A DNA stretch of 64,000 nucleotides from an uncultured bacterium (GTDB lineage: Bacteria; Acidobacteriota; HRBIN11; JAKEFK01), in the NCBI GenBank assembly GCA_963777505.1, contig CAVZQN010000008.1, positions 426,609 to 490,608 on the forward strand, in the 5' to 3' direction. The translations under genes were made by a program, and so were the position numbers. Numbering within the stretch: position 1 is the first letter of the stretch; the number at the start of each line of letters is the position of its first letter. Below the pieces are notes generated by a model that was not told the origin of the DNA, ran no database searches, and saw only the letters and a program-made list of their open reading frames with translations. Positions 1-9,397 of the stretch are shown piece by piece.

Positions 1-386
1 TGCGCATAAGCTCGAGGAACTGGATATCGACTGGTGTTGTTCTCGCGCTCCGGCACTCTGGACGAAGCAGCAAATGTTGTGGCCTTTCTCCTGTCGGCAG
101 AGACTGGATATATCAACTGGCAAATCTGCTTGTTGACGGCGGATTCAACCGATCCATCTAATCCAATACAAATCGGTACACTCAGGCTAAATAGGATGAG
201 GGTTTTGCCATATGGCACATATAGTACTGCCACATGGCACATATCGAACGCGGTGGCAATAATGTATTCATGTTCGGCGTCCTTAAAAGCTTCAAGCAAC
301 TTGCCTAATTTCAGATTCATCAAAGAACCAATGTCTTTTGGTTGAAGCTCATCACCTTTTCCTCCGATGATGCAGACTCTCACCAT
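1..386 (-). CDS. hypothetical protein, 3' part lies outside the window; visible N-terminus is MVRVCIIGGKGDELQPKDIG...
   Basis: ATG at 386-384 on the minus strand with an open frame to the window edge. It is absent from the ORF table only because it has no stop in the window. The listed plus-strand ORF 34..345 is its antisense shadow. Confidence 0.35.
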   Translation of the reverse strand, partial: MVRVCIIGGKGDELQPKDIGSLMNLKLGKLLEAFKDAEHEYIIATAFDMCHVAVLYVPYGKTLILFSLSVPICIGLDGSVESAVNKQICQLIYPVSADRRKATTFAASSRVPERENNTSRYPVPRAYA

Positions 387-474
387 GTTATGCGTAAGAA
401 ATAATAGAGGCGGATCACGAATGAATCATGACTGTAGTGATCGGCAGCTAATTCTTTCGTAGGCCCTCCAATTT

Positions 475-2514
475 TCAAGGTTGCATCAAGTCGTCGCCGG
501 TCGTCTTCTGTAAGAGATGGATTTGTCTGCGCACTTTGTCAGCATCGTTCGCATCGGGTGCCATTGAAAGATAGAGCTGATAGTTCTGGATTGCTTGCTT
601 CGTGTCGCCTCCCTTGTGATATGAAGCGCCGATGTTGTACAGAAACTGCGGAAATGGTTTTTGTTCGTAGGCTTCGGCAAAGGCGCTCGCAGCTTCATTG
701 AAGCGGCCTGCATTGTAAGCAGTTTGCCCGCGGTCAAACGCCGATTGGGCGGCTTTCAACGCATCTTCACGCAACTTGGTGATATGTGTCCGGACCTTCG
801 CGGCATCCGGAGCATCCGGAGTTTCCTTAAGATACGCCTCGTACCTTTGCGCGGCGAGTTCGCGTTTGCCCATTTTATCAAGAGCAGCCGCCTGGTTGTA
901 ACGCAAAGCTCCCAACGGATTCTGCTGATAGGCGCCTTCAAATGCTTGCAATGCGTCTCCATATTTACCCGCGTTGTAGTGATCGTTGCCTTGCGCAAAC
1001 AATTTTTCTGATTCGGCGACACCGGTTATTGTCGCTTCGCGACCACCCATGTGGGCACGAGCGCGTTTCTGCGCCTCGCGCGCTTCATCCGCGCGCGGAG
1101 CGTTTGGATCAGACAAATAAGTTTGATACGTGAGATCGGCTTCTGCATAACGTCCACCATCAAGCAACGCCGCCGCTTTGTTCAGAATAAATTTCGAGTC
1201 AGGATATGTCCGAAATCCTTCCTCAAAAGCGCTGACTGCTTCGTTATATTTGTGTGCAGACAGCAGCCGATTTCCGCGCAACATCCACTCCTGACCGCCT
1301 TCACGTCCGCTAGCAGTAATCGGCGCCTTATCAGCTTCGGTACGCAACTTCTCAGCGCGGCTGTTAACCTTCTGAGCATCCGCTGCACTTGGCTTTTCCT
1401 TAGCATATTGACTGTAGCGCTCGGCCGCCGCGTAAGGGCGCCCCAGTTTTTCTAGCGACGCACCCATGTTGTATTTGAACTCAGGAAGCGGATTGAGCTC
1501 ATAAGCTTTTTCAAACGCATCCAGCGCTTCCTGGTATCGTCCTGCCTTATAGGCTAACGCTCCCTTATCGTACTCATTCCGTGATTCTTCTTTGGCAACG
1601 CCTACTTTCGCACGCTCCATCGCAGCTCGCGCTTCATCGGCACGCGGAGCATTTGGATCGGAGAGATAACGCTCATATTCCCTCACCGCCTCGGAATATC
1701 TGCCACCGTCGAGCAAGGCCGCTGCTTTATTCAGCATAAACTTCTCAGATGGAAACGTCTTGAATCCTTCATCGTATGCCTTGACCGCCTCATTGTAACG
1801 ATGTGCATGCAGATGCCGGTTCCCACGCGCCATCCATTCCTGGCCGCCTTCACGTCCAGTGGCGGTGATCGGTGCCTTATCAGCAGCCTCGCGCATTTTA
1901 TTCATGCGATCTTTGACCTGAACCGCGTCTTTCGCAGTTGGCTTTTCTTTGAGATATTCCTGCAAACGGTCGGCCGCCGCATACGGACGACCTAATTTTT
2001 CTAGAGCTGACGCCTGATTAAATTTGAACTCGGCAAGGGGGTTGAGCTCGTAAGCCTTATCAAAAGCGTCCAGCGCTTCCTGATATTTTCCCGCCTTGTA
2101 CGCTTCAGCACCTTTATCGAACTCAGTACGTGACTCGGCTACACCAGTAGCAGTCGCTTCGCGTCCACCCATCGCGGCTTTCGCGCGCTCCATCGCTGCC
2201 TTTGCCTCATCGGCACGCGGAGCGTCCGGATCGGAGAGGTATCGTTCGTATGCCTGCACCGCCTCCGAATGACGGCCAGCATCTAATAAAGCAGAAGCCT
2301 TGTTGAGAAGGAAAGAATTATGAGGATATGTGCGGAAGCCTATCATCGTAGGCTTCAATAGCTTCGTTATAGCGATGCTCCTTAAGCATCTTGTTGCCGT
2401 GATCCATCCACACCTGCGCTTCTTTTCGAGCTTTCTCGAGACCTGGATCGGCAGACTTCGTGACAGTCGCTGTTCCACCGCCGATGTTAGGAGGTGCCGC
2501 GAATTGGGTACCAT
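475..2514 (-). CDS. TPR-repeat protein with about 3.5 internal repeats of about 175 aa; main body of a gene whose true N-terminus is in ORF 2318..2758
   Basis: The protein repeats units of the form NKAAALLDGGRYSEAV...YERYLSDPNAPRADEA...GREGGQEWM.RGNR.L.AH.YNEAV.A...GF.T.P, as expected for a TPR protein. The DNA shows matching ~525 bp periodicity. Confidence 0.8.
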   Translation of the reverse strand: MVPNSRHLLTSAVEQRLSRSLPIQVSRKLEKKRRCGWITATRCLRSIAITKLLKPTMIGFRTYPHNSFLLNKASALLDAGRHSEAVQAYERYLSDPDAPRADEAKAAMERAKAAMGGREATATGVAESRTEFDKGAEAYKAGKYQEALDAFDKAYELNPLAEFKFNQASALEKLGRPYAAADRLQEYLKEKPTAKDAVQVKDRMNKMREAADKAPITATGREGGQEWMARGNRHLHAHRYNEAVKAYDEGFKTFPSEKFMLNKAAALLDGGRYSEAVREYERYLSDPNAPRADEARAAMERAKVGVAKEESRNEYDKGALAYKAGRYQEALDAFEKAYELNPLPEFKYNMGASLEKLGRPYAAAERYSQYAKEKPSAADAQKVNSRAEKLRTEADKAPITASGREGGQEWMLRGNRLLSAHKYNEAVSAFEEGFRTYPDSKFILNKAAALLDGGRYAEADLTYQTYLSDPNAPRADEAREAQKRARAHMGGREATITGVAESEKLFAQGNDHYNAGKYGDALQAFEGAYQQNPLGALRYNQAAALDKMGKRELAAQRYEAYLKETPDAPDAAKVRTHITKLREDALKAAQSAFDRGQTAYNAGRFNEAASAFAEAYEQKPFPQFLYNIGASYHKGGDTKQAIQNYQLYLSMAPDANDADKVRRQIHLLQKTTGDDLMQP

Positions 2515-2758
2515 TCCTTCCGAGTTGTTCAGAGAGCTGCTGCTGAAGAAATATTTCGCCTGTTTTCATTGAGGCTTTCGCTTCGGTCCCGGCCTGCTTC
2601 ATTGCCTGAACTGTATTAGAGTCAGCCTGGGTATTTCCCGCAGTTGCGTTTCCTTCTTGTTCTCCGCTCTTCTGGGTCTTATCCGCAGTGATCTCGATTT
2701 GATCATCTGTCCGGACAGTTGGTCCTTGTGACATCGGGGGCATCGTATCCGTTCTCAT
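2318..2758 (-). CDS. N-terminal fragment of the same TPR-repeat protein, separated from 475..2514 by a +1 frameshift near 2360-2366
   Basis: This ORF ends ...EAQVWMDHGNKMLKEHRYNEAIEAYDD, which matches the repeat consensus ..GQEWM.RGNR.L.AHRYNEAVKAYDEGF. ORF 475..2514 continues with GFRTYPHNSFLLNKASALLD in the next frame. One extra T in 'gatgatagg' (expected 'gatgaaggc') would account for the shift. Confidence 0.65.
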   Translation of the reverse strand: MRTDTMPPMSQGPTVRTDDQIEITADKTQKSGEQEGNATAGNTQADSNTVQAMKQAGTEAKASMKTGEIFLQQQLSEQLGRNGTQFAAPPNIGGGTATVTKSADPGLEKARKEAQVWMDHGNKMLKEHRYNEAIEAYDDRLPHISS

Positions 2759-3153
2759 ATTCGTACCTCTATTTTTTTATGTGTTCTGGGACGGTGGTTC
2801 TGACATTATCTCGGCGATGGAAAGGCAGCTCCTAGATGATGTCACTTAATAATGACGGAGCAGCAGACGAGTGCACGGAAAAATTTCGGGATTTCTCCGA
2901 CTCCGTAATGCCGTAGAGATCTCCACTATTCCGTGTGCCCTTTTCTATAACGTTCGCAGTACTTAACTCGTAATCAGCATAACTCACTGCCATAAAACAA
3001 CTTAGCTGTTTAGCTAAATACGATTGAATGTTGGCACTCTGCTTGCTGTTGTAAGTCTTCGATGATCCTGATGAGTCCCAAAATCGCTCCGCGCACGTCG
3101 GAGTGATGGGATGCAATACTGCTTCATATGGGATTAAACGAAAGGAGGCTTTA

Positions 3154-4554
3154 ATGAAAAAGCTTAGCATTATATTCATACTAATAGTGTCGATGACACT
3201 CAGCGTTTCTGCTCAGAGTCAAACCCGAACGGAAAAAGATCTACTTGGGGAAAAACAGATTCCGGCAGAAGCCTATTACGGCGTGCAAACAGCGCGCGCT
3301 CTGGAGAATTTCCAGATCTCAGGAATACCGATCAATCATTATCCTGGATTCGTGGAAGCCTGGGCGATCGTAAAGCTTGCTGCTGCGCGTGCCAACCATG
3401 ATGTCGGCGCGCTGAAAAAAGAGAAGCTGGATGCAATCGAAAAAGCCTGCAATGCACTCATGAAGGATAAGAAGTATCACGATCAATTTCAGGTCGACTT
3501 CTATCAAGGTGGAGCAGGTACATCCACAAATATGAACGCAAACGAAGTTCTCGCAAATGTTGCTCTAGAACTCAGCGGCCATAAAAAAGGCGAATACCAC
3601 CATGTCGAACCACATGATGATCTGAACATGTCGCAGTCGACCAACGATTCTTACCCTACTGCTTTGAAGGTCGCTTTTATTCTACGCAACGACAAATTGA
3701 TCGGAGAGCTGGAAAAAACTGCAGCATCTTTCCGGGCAAAGGGTAACGCGTTTTTAAAGATTGTAAAGATGGGCCGGACAGAGATGCAAGACGCTGTGCC
3801 CATGACAGTCGGACAGGAATTCCACGCTTTTGCTGCCTCGCTTGAAAGCGAAATCCAACTGTTGCGCGATGCAGAGAAGTACCTCTACGCAGTCAACATG
3901 GGAGGAACAGCGATCGGCACAGGCTTGAATGCTCCTAAAGGATATGCCGAAAAATGCGCCGCTCATCTTGCAAAGATAACTGGAAAGCCGATTGTTCCTG
4001 CAAAAGATATGCTGGCAGCAACGTGGGATCAGCAAGGCTTTGTCGTTTATTCTGCTGCTCTTAAAAGCGTTGCGATAAAGCTTTCCAAAATTGCAGGCGA
4101 TTTAATTCTTCTTGCAGCAGGACCCCGCGCAGGTCTTTTCGAAATCAATCTTCCAGCAATGCAACCTGGCTCTTCAATCATGCCGGGCAAGGTAAACCCC
4201 GTAATTCCTGAGCTTGTCAATTTAGTTGCATTCCGAGTGATGGGAAACGACTACACAGTGAATCTTGCTGCGCATTCTGGCCAACTTCAGTTGAATGCTT
4301 ACGAACCCATCGAAGGTCTTGCGATTATGGAATCGCAGCATTTGCTCTTTACAACATCTTCGACTTTCCGAACAAAGTGCATCGATGGAATTACTGTGAA
4401 TGAAGATGTGTTGCAAGACTATCTCGAAAAAACAATTGGCATTGTCACAGCTTTAAATCCTGTGATCGGATATGAGAAAGCGACAGAATTAGCGAAAGAA
4501 GCTTTCGACACAAAAAAGGCATTTTGCAACTCATTCGTGAAAAGAAAGTTTTAA
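3154..4554 (+). CDS. aspA: aspartate ammonia-lyase (aspartase) with a predicted N-terminal Sec signal peptide; the C-terminus is frameshifted and the true stop is probably at 4629
   Basis: The protein carries the motifs EKDLLGE..IPAEAYYGVQTARALENF, the aspartase-type QGGAGTS.NMNANEVLAN, and the fumarate-lyase family GSSIMPGKVNPV. The RBS aaaggagg lies 7 nt before the ATG at 3154. The upstream in-frame ATG at 3103 has no RBS. Confidence 0.85.
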   Translation: MKKLSIIFILIVSMTLSVSAQSQTRTEKDLLGEKQIPAEAYYGVQTARALENFQISGIPINHYPGFVEAWAIVKLAAARANHDVGALKKEKLDAIEKACNALMKDKKYHDQFQVDFYQGGAGTSTNMNANEVLANVALELSGHKKGEYHHVEPHDDLNMSQSTNDSYPTALKVAFILRNDKLIGELEKTAASFRAKGNAFLKIVKMGRTEMQDAVPMTVGQEFHAFAASLESEIQLLRDAEKYLYAVNMGGTAIGTGLNAPKGYAEKCAAHLAKITGKPIVPAKDMLAATWDQQGFVVYSAALKSVAIKLSKIAGDLILLAAGPRAGLFEINLPAMQPGSSIMPGKVNPVIPELVNLVAFRVMGNDYTVNLAAHSGQLQLNAYEPIEGLAIMESQHLLFTTSSTFRTKCIDGITVNEDVLQDYLEKTIGIVTALNPVIGYEKATELAKEAFDTKKAFCNSFVKRKF

Positions 4555-4642
4555 CAGAAGATCAAATCCGAGACTTGCTGGATCCAGTCAAATTGACCGG
4601 TCTTGATCCCGCTCAGTATCAGCAGAAGTAAGGGAGACACTT

Positions 4643-5707
4643 ATGAAACTCATCAAATCACTTGTAACTTTTTGTGTTGTTCTATTATTTGCAGCCAGCC
4701 TGCAAGCTCAAGGTGCGAAGAAACCTCGCGTTGTAATCGTTGCTACGGGCGGAACGATCGCAGGATCAGCCGCGACTGCGACTGAAGCCGGCTATCAATC
4801 AGGAGCAGTTGGTGTCGATATTCTGATTGCAGCCGTTCCCCAACTGAAAGAAATCGCAGATGTGAAGGGAGAACAGGTTGCCAGCATTGGCAGTCAGGAC
4901 ATGAATGATGAAGTGTGGATCAAGCTAGCCAACAAAGTTAATGAATTGCTTGCCCAGCCTGACGTTGCCGGCGTAGCGATCACACATGGTACGGACACAC
5001 TGGAAGAGACTTCGTATTTTTTGAGCCTTGTTGTGAAAAGCGATAAGCCAGTTGTGATGACCGGATCGATGCGGCCTTCAACAGCCATGAGCGCAGATGG
5101 TCCGTTGAATATTTACAATGCAGTGGCAATCGCAGCAGATCCAACAGCGCGCGGACGTGGTGTCCTGGTAGCAATCGATGACGATATCCACTCCGCTCAT
5201 GACGTGATCAAAACTCACACAACCGATGTTGCAACATTCACTTCCAATGAAGCGGGACTCGTTGGAGCAGAACTCTTTGGAAAGACGATCTGGTATCGCG
5301 CACCGCGTCAGGTCCATACCAGTAAGAGTGACCTTGCGCTTGTTGCAGGCAAAGGACTCCCGCGCGTAGATATCATTTATGCTCACGCAAGTATGTCTCC
5401 GGACATGATTGATGCCGCAGTTCAAAACGGAGCAAAAGGAATCGTGATTGCCGGTGTAGGAGATGGAAATATGACAGCGCCTGCTATCGAAGCCGTCAAA
5501 CGCGCAGTGAAAAAAGGCGTCGTCGTAGTCCGTTCTTCCCGTACAAACGGAGGGATCATCCGCCGAAACATCGAAGTAAATGATGATGAACTTGGCACGG
5601 TTGCATCCATGGAGTTGAATCCTGCAAAGTCCAGACCGTTGCTCCAGCTTGCTTTGTTGAAAACGTCCGACGTTAAGAAAATTCAGGATTACTTCGACCG
5701 CTACTAA
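4643..5707 (+). CDS. ansB: L-asparaginase type II, periplasmic (signal peptide MKLIKSLVTFCVVLLFAASLQAQG)
   Basis: The protein shows the asparaginase signatures VVIVATGGTIAGS and AITHGTDTLEETSYFL. The RBS aagggagac overlaps the extended aspA stop. Confidence 0.9.
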   Translation: MKLIKSLVTFCVVLLFAASLQAQGAKKPRVVIVATGGTIAGSAATATEAGYQSGAVGVDILIAAVPQLKEIADVKGEQVASIGSQDMNDEVWIKLANKVNELLAQPDVAGVAITHGTDTLEETSYFLSLVVKSDKPVVMTGSMRPSTAMSADGPLNIYNAVAIAADPTARGRGVLVAIDDDIHSAHDVIKTHTTDVATFTSNEAGLVGAELFGKTIWYRAPRQVHTSKSDLALVAGKGLPRVDIIYAHASMSPDMIDAAVQNGAKGIVIAGVGDGNMTAPAIEAVKRAVKKGVVVVRSSRTNGGIIRRNIEVNDDELGTVASMELNPAKSRPLLQLALLKTSDVKKIQDYFDRY

Positions 5708-5732
5708 TTTATTAGCTCAACGCAGAGGACGT

Positions 5733-5778
5733 GGAGAGCGCAGAGTTTCATAAATTGATTCAAATTGCTGCGCTCTCC
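5733..5778 (+). terminator. inverted repeat (11 bp arms GGAGAGCGCAG / CTGCGCTCTCC) downstream of ansB; possible terminator or regulatory hairpin
   Basis: A perfect 11 bp inverted repeat is visible in the sequence. The loop is long (about 24 nt) and no T-tract follows, so a function as an intrinsic terminator is uncertain. Confidence 0.25.
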
Positions 5779-5803
5779 GCGTTGAATCAATCAAGGAATT
5801 TTT

Positions 5804-6076
5804 ATGCTCAAAGAATGTCCGAAAAGAACTATTGCTGTGATCCCTTGCGTCTGGTTGGCAATTCTATTCCTGTGGCTTTCGCCACCCCAGTTGTGCGCCC
5901 AGACAGATACTGCTCCCCACATCATAGAAGAAGAATCAGATACTGTTCCTGATGGCACAGAAGGAGAAGTGCTCGTAAAAAAAGGTGCGCCTAAAAAGCC
6001 ATGGAATGAATTTGATCTCGGCTTTACTACGTTCAAATTTGGTGCAGGTTTTCTGTATGAATACGGATGGTTCTAA
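5804..6076 (+). CDS. N-terminal part (signal peptide plus first strands) of an OprO/OprP-type phosphate/anion-selective porin; ends at an in-frame TAA and continues in the same frame with 6191..7129
   Basis: The signal peptide is MLKECPKRTIAVIPCVWLAILFLWLSPPQLCAQTD. Codon positions 5804 and 6191 are in the same frame (387 nt apart), and only the TAA at 6074-6076 separates them. Confidence 0.6.
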   Translation: MLKECPKRTIAVIPCVWLAILFLWLSPPQLCAQTDTAPHIIEEESDTVPDGTEGEVLVKKGAPKKPWNEFDLGFTTFKFGAGFLYEYGWF

Positions 6077-6190
6077 CAGGATGAAGAGGGTGAACAGCAG
6101 GCAGAAGAGGGTGGATATAGACTGGATCCTACGGACAAAATTCGTGATTTTCGCATACTTTTCAGCGGACAGATTCCAACCGACAGAACA

Positions 6191-7129
6191 ATGACCTGGA
6201 AAACGGGGATCATGTATGACGCTCCATCCGGTCAATGGTTTGTGCGCGAGACCGGCGTAATGATCGGCGTTCCTGAATTGTGGGGACATTTATTTATCGG
6301 CCGCACAAAAGAAGGAGTGTCCTTGAACAAAGTAATTAACGGATACGCCGGCTGGACGATGGAAAGACAAATGGCACTGGATGTGTTCCCCATTCTTGCT
6401 GATGGAGTCAAATGGATGGGGTATCTACCCAAGAAGCGGTTTTTGTGGAATGCAGGAGCCTATGGCGATGCTCTATCAAAAGGACAGTCCTTCTCCACCT
6501 TTAAATGGCAATTAGCGACCCGCCTTGTCTGGCTCCCTATCTACGCAAAGGAAGAAGAAACGCTTTTGCATCTTGGCACAAGCATTCGTTATGGCAAGCC
6601 AGTGGATGGCAAGATCAGGCTACGCTCTCGTCCTGAGGCTAACACTGCTCCTTACTTCATCGATACCGGAACTTTTGCTAGCGACCAGTCGACCAGCTTG
6701 GGGTTTGAGGCATATTACACCAAGGAATCGCTAATGATCGGCTCGGAATTCTATTTGCATAATTTTAGTTCAGACGAGAAAGATGATCCGCTGTTCCATG
6801 GCGGAGACGTAGTTGTCAGCTACATTCTTACTGGTGAATCACGCCCTTATTCAACCGTTAGCGGAATATATGGCTTTGTTCCAGTAGCCAAACCTGTTTG
6901 GAAGGGAGGACCAGGAGCCATTGAAGCGCTGGTTCGAGTTTCTAACTTAGATCTCGATGGTGGCACGATCAATGGTGGAAAATTCTGGAGGATCACACCA
7001 ATGGTCAATTGGTATCTTTCTTCATATGTTCGATGGGAATTTGCATACGGATATGGAACTCTGGACCGATACAATTTAAAAGGGTCAACTCACTTTTTCC
7101 AAAGCAGAATTCAATTGAGCGTGTTGTGA
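6191..7129 (+). CDS. porin O/P family beta-barrel (body of the same gene as 5804..6076)
   Basis: The sequence is aromatic-rich in the manner of beta-barrels (..RWEFAYGYGTLDRY..). It lacks a signal peptide of its own, and the upstream in-frame segment supplies one. Confidence 0.6.
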   Translation: MTWKTGIMYDAPSGQWFVRETGVMIGVPELWGHLFIGRTKEGVSLNKVINGYAGWTMERQMALDVFPILADGVKWMGYLPKKRFLWNAGAYGDALSKGQSFSTFKWQLATRLVWLPIYAKEEETLLHLGTSIRYGKPVDGKIRLRSRPEANTAPYFIDTGTFASDQSTSLGFEAYYTKESLMIGSEFYLHNFSSDEKDDPLFHGGDVVVSYILTGESRPYSTVSGIYGFVPVAKPVWKGGPGAIEALVRVSNLDLDGGTINGGKFWRITPMVNWYLSSYVRWEFAYGYGTLDRYNLKGSTHFFQSRIQLSVL

Positions 7130-7147
7130 TGCATCCCAAATTGGAGA

Positions 7148-7228
7148 TTAGAAATTGCGAATGAGCTCAATTCGGCATTCGGAAATCGATTGTTCGTTAA
7201 TCGGACTTCAAGCGCTAAAGCAAACTTG
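7148..7228. repeat. copy of the intergenic palindromic repeat family (GAGCTCAATTCGGCATTCGGAAATCGATTGTTCGTTAATCGGACTTCAAG...)
   Basis: This copy is nearly identical to 31414..31490 and related to 22915..23005 and 27422..27480. Confidence 0.6.
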
Positions 7229-7543
7229 GCTGCGCCTTTGAAACATTGGTTTCTATTCGTTTCGATTTTGATGATTCCATTCTGGGTGAATGCTCAAAGT
7301 CAAACTGAGAGTACTCCGGAACCTCCGGATGATACTAATCCCACGAAAGCTGATCACATAATTCTGAATCGTAACAGCATTCTGAAGCCCAAAGGCATTA
7401 TTCTACGATGGGATGTTCCGTTGGCTACGACTCATTTTCAAGAGCGGACGGAAACCGGGCTTGGAGATATTTATTTTCAGCGTTTGCTATTTCTGCATTT
7501 AAGAAAAAGCTTCGTTGTTGGTGCAGAGAAAAGGAAAATCTAT

Positions 7544-9082
7544 ATGAGTGAGAATGGAAAATTAGTGCGAAAGAAAAAAAATAAGAATACAAAACAAAAG
7601 TCTTCTGAGAAAACGAATGGCCGACGCGGAATTCCGGGATTGGATGAGCAGCAGCGGCAAGTAATCGCTAAGATGGAGTCATCTAGCGAGTACTTTCTCG
7701 GCTCGTTTTCGAGTTACAACCCGCTTCAAAGTCATGAATCATTGGAGAGCCGGTACTCAGCCGGAAAGGCGCTGCGCAACGAAGTTCCACGGGAAAGTCA
7801 TGCTGAGTGGAATCCTCCGAAGAACCGGCCCTCTGGCGCTGATTTTGTAATCGCCGGTAACGCCGGCCGCCAGCAAAATTTCGTGCCCTTACGTATGGGA
7901 CGCATGGCTGCTTCACCTTTTGCTTTCTTGCGTGGCGCAGCATCTGTCATGGCGTGGGATTTCTCTCACACTCCTATAACAGGAATTCAAGTCATCATGG
8001 ATGGAGATGCTCATATTAACAATTTCGGACTTTATGGAACACCGCAGCGCGATGTGGTCATTGACTTGAACGATTTCGATGAGGCGCTACCCGGTCCGTG
8101 GGAATGGGACCTCAAGCGGCTTGTAGCGAGTGTGAATGTCGCCGGACGCGAAAATGGCTTCAGTAAACGTGAACGCCGGGGAGCAGTCATGGAAAGTGTG
8201 GCTGGATATCGAGCTAATATGGAGCGCCTTCATAATATGGGAATCATGGATTTGTGGGCTCTTTACGCTTATGCAGATCGTAGGCCTACTATGATTAAAG
8301 TTCCGAAGAAATCATGGGCCCTCATTCAGAAAACGGTTGAGAAAGCGAGAGCTACAACAAATGAAACCTTGCTGCCCAAAGTAGCTCACCGGCAGACCGA
8401 TGGCGGATGGCGCTTTATGGAAGATCCGCCGATTCTCACGCGCGTGGACGATGAAACGAGAGGTAAAGTCATTGAATCGTTCAGGGAATATTTGGAAACC
8501 CTTCCACAAGGATACCGGCAGATGTTCAGACGGTATTCTGTCGCCGATGTGGCCCACCGAGTTGTCGGCGTTGGAAGCGTTGGAACGCGTGCCTATCTCG
8601 TGCTTTTGTTTGGAAACAGTAATAACGATCCGTTGTTCCTTCAGGTAAAGGAGGGTATTGTGCCGGCCCATGCGCCTTATTTGCCAGCCATCAAGTCGAA
8701 ACTTCCCCCGCATCAGGGACTACGTGTTGTGGGAACCCAACGCATGTTGCAGGCGACAGGCGATCCCATGCTGGGCTACACCACCATTGATGGGCGGGAA
8801 TATTTCGTCCGGCAAATGAAAAACATGAAGGCGTCAATGCCATTGGAATGGCTGACAGGCGAGCCCTTCTATTTCTGGGTTTTTCTCTGCGGAGCTTTGC
8901 TGGCAAGAGCCCATTCGCGAATGGGAGATGCGGCTAAAATAGCTGGTTATTGCGGCAAATCCCAGGTCCTGGACGAAGCACTTGCTGATTTTGCGGAAGC
9001 GTATGGTGATCAGACAGAAAAGGATCATGCTTCGTTGAAGAATGCGATCCAACAAGGTCGTATCAAGGCTGTGAACGGTTGA
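7544..9082 (+). CDS. DUF2252 domain-containing protein
   Basis: The protein has ..SHAEWNPP..RMGRMAASPFAFLRGAA..GDAHINNFG.., which is typical of DUF2252. The RBS aaaggaaaa precedes the ATG at 7544. The ORF-table start at 7190 lies inside the repeat element, so it is less likely, although it would add a signal-peptide-like N-terminus. Confidence 0.6.
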   Translation: MSENGKLVRKKKNKNTKQKSSEKTNGRRGIPGLDEQQRQVIAKMESSSEYFLGSFSSYNPLQSHESLESRYSAGKALRNEVPRESHAEWNPPKNRPSGADFVIAGNAGRQQNFVPLRMGRMAASPFAFLRGAASVMAWDFSHTPITGIQVIMDGDAHINNFGLYGTPQRDVVIDLNDFDEALPGPWEWDLKRLVASVNVAGRENGFSKRERRGAVMESVAGYRANMERLHNMGIMDLWALYAYADRRPTMIKVPKKSWALIQKTVEKARATTNETLLPKVAHRQTDGGWRFMEDPPILTRVDDETRGKVIESFREYLETLPQGYRQMFRRYSVADVAHRVVGVGSVGTRAYLVLLFGNSNNDPLFLQVKEGIVPAHAPYLPAIKSKLPPHQGLRVVGTQRMLQATGDPMLGYTTIDGREYFVRQMKNMKASMPLEWLTGEPFYFWVFLCGALLARAHSRMGDAAKIAGYCGKSQVLDEALADFAEAYGDQTEKDHASLKNAIQQGRIKAVNG

Positions 9083-9397
9083 ATAATGCTCCCTTCAGTT
9101 GATTTATAAGCCGTATCATTCGAAGAACTTCTTCTGATTGTCACTGTCTTTCTGCTGGCGGCAGCCATTCCGTCAGTGACTAGGGAGTGGACAAAATTCG
9201 TAAGCAGCAGTAAGATGGTGTGCGATCGATCACTTCTGAAAGCATCATATTATACAGATGAGATATGGCTATATAGACGTGGGGGATGGCGCCCAATAGA
9301 CGCTCATGAATACTAACCGGATACTACGGTGATAGCCAAAGGATTAAGTTGCTTGGTTTGTGATCTGGTCGTGTTGGGGTGAACTCGTTACGACGTG

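Noticed and set aside
34-345. plus-strand 103-aa ORF at the left edge
   Set aside because: It lies antisense to a longer minus-strand frame (ATG at 386 open to position 1) that has a better start context. It is a shadow ORF.
7190-7543. upstream extension of the DUF2252 ORF, with a signal-peptide-like segment
   Set aside because: The start codon region is inside the intergenic repeat element and no RBS is present. The ATG at 7544 has the RBS aaaggaaaa and matches the beginning of the DUF2252 domain. An exported variant cannot be excluded.
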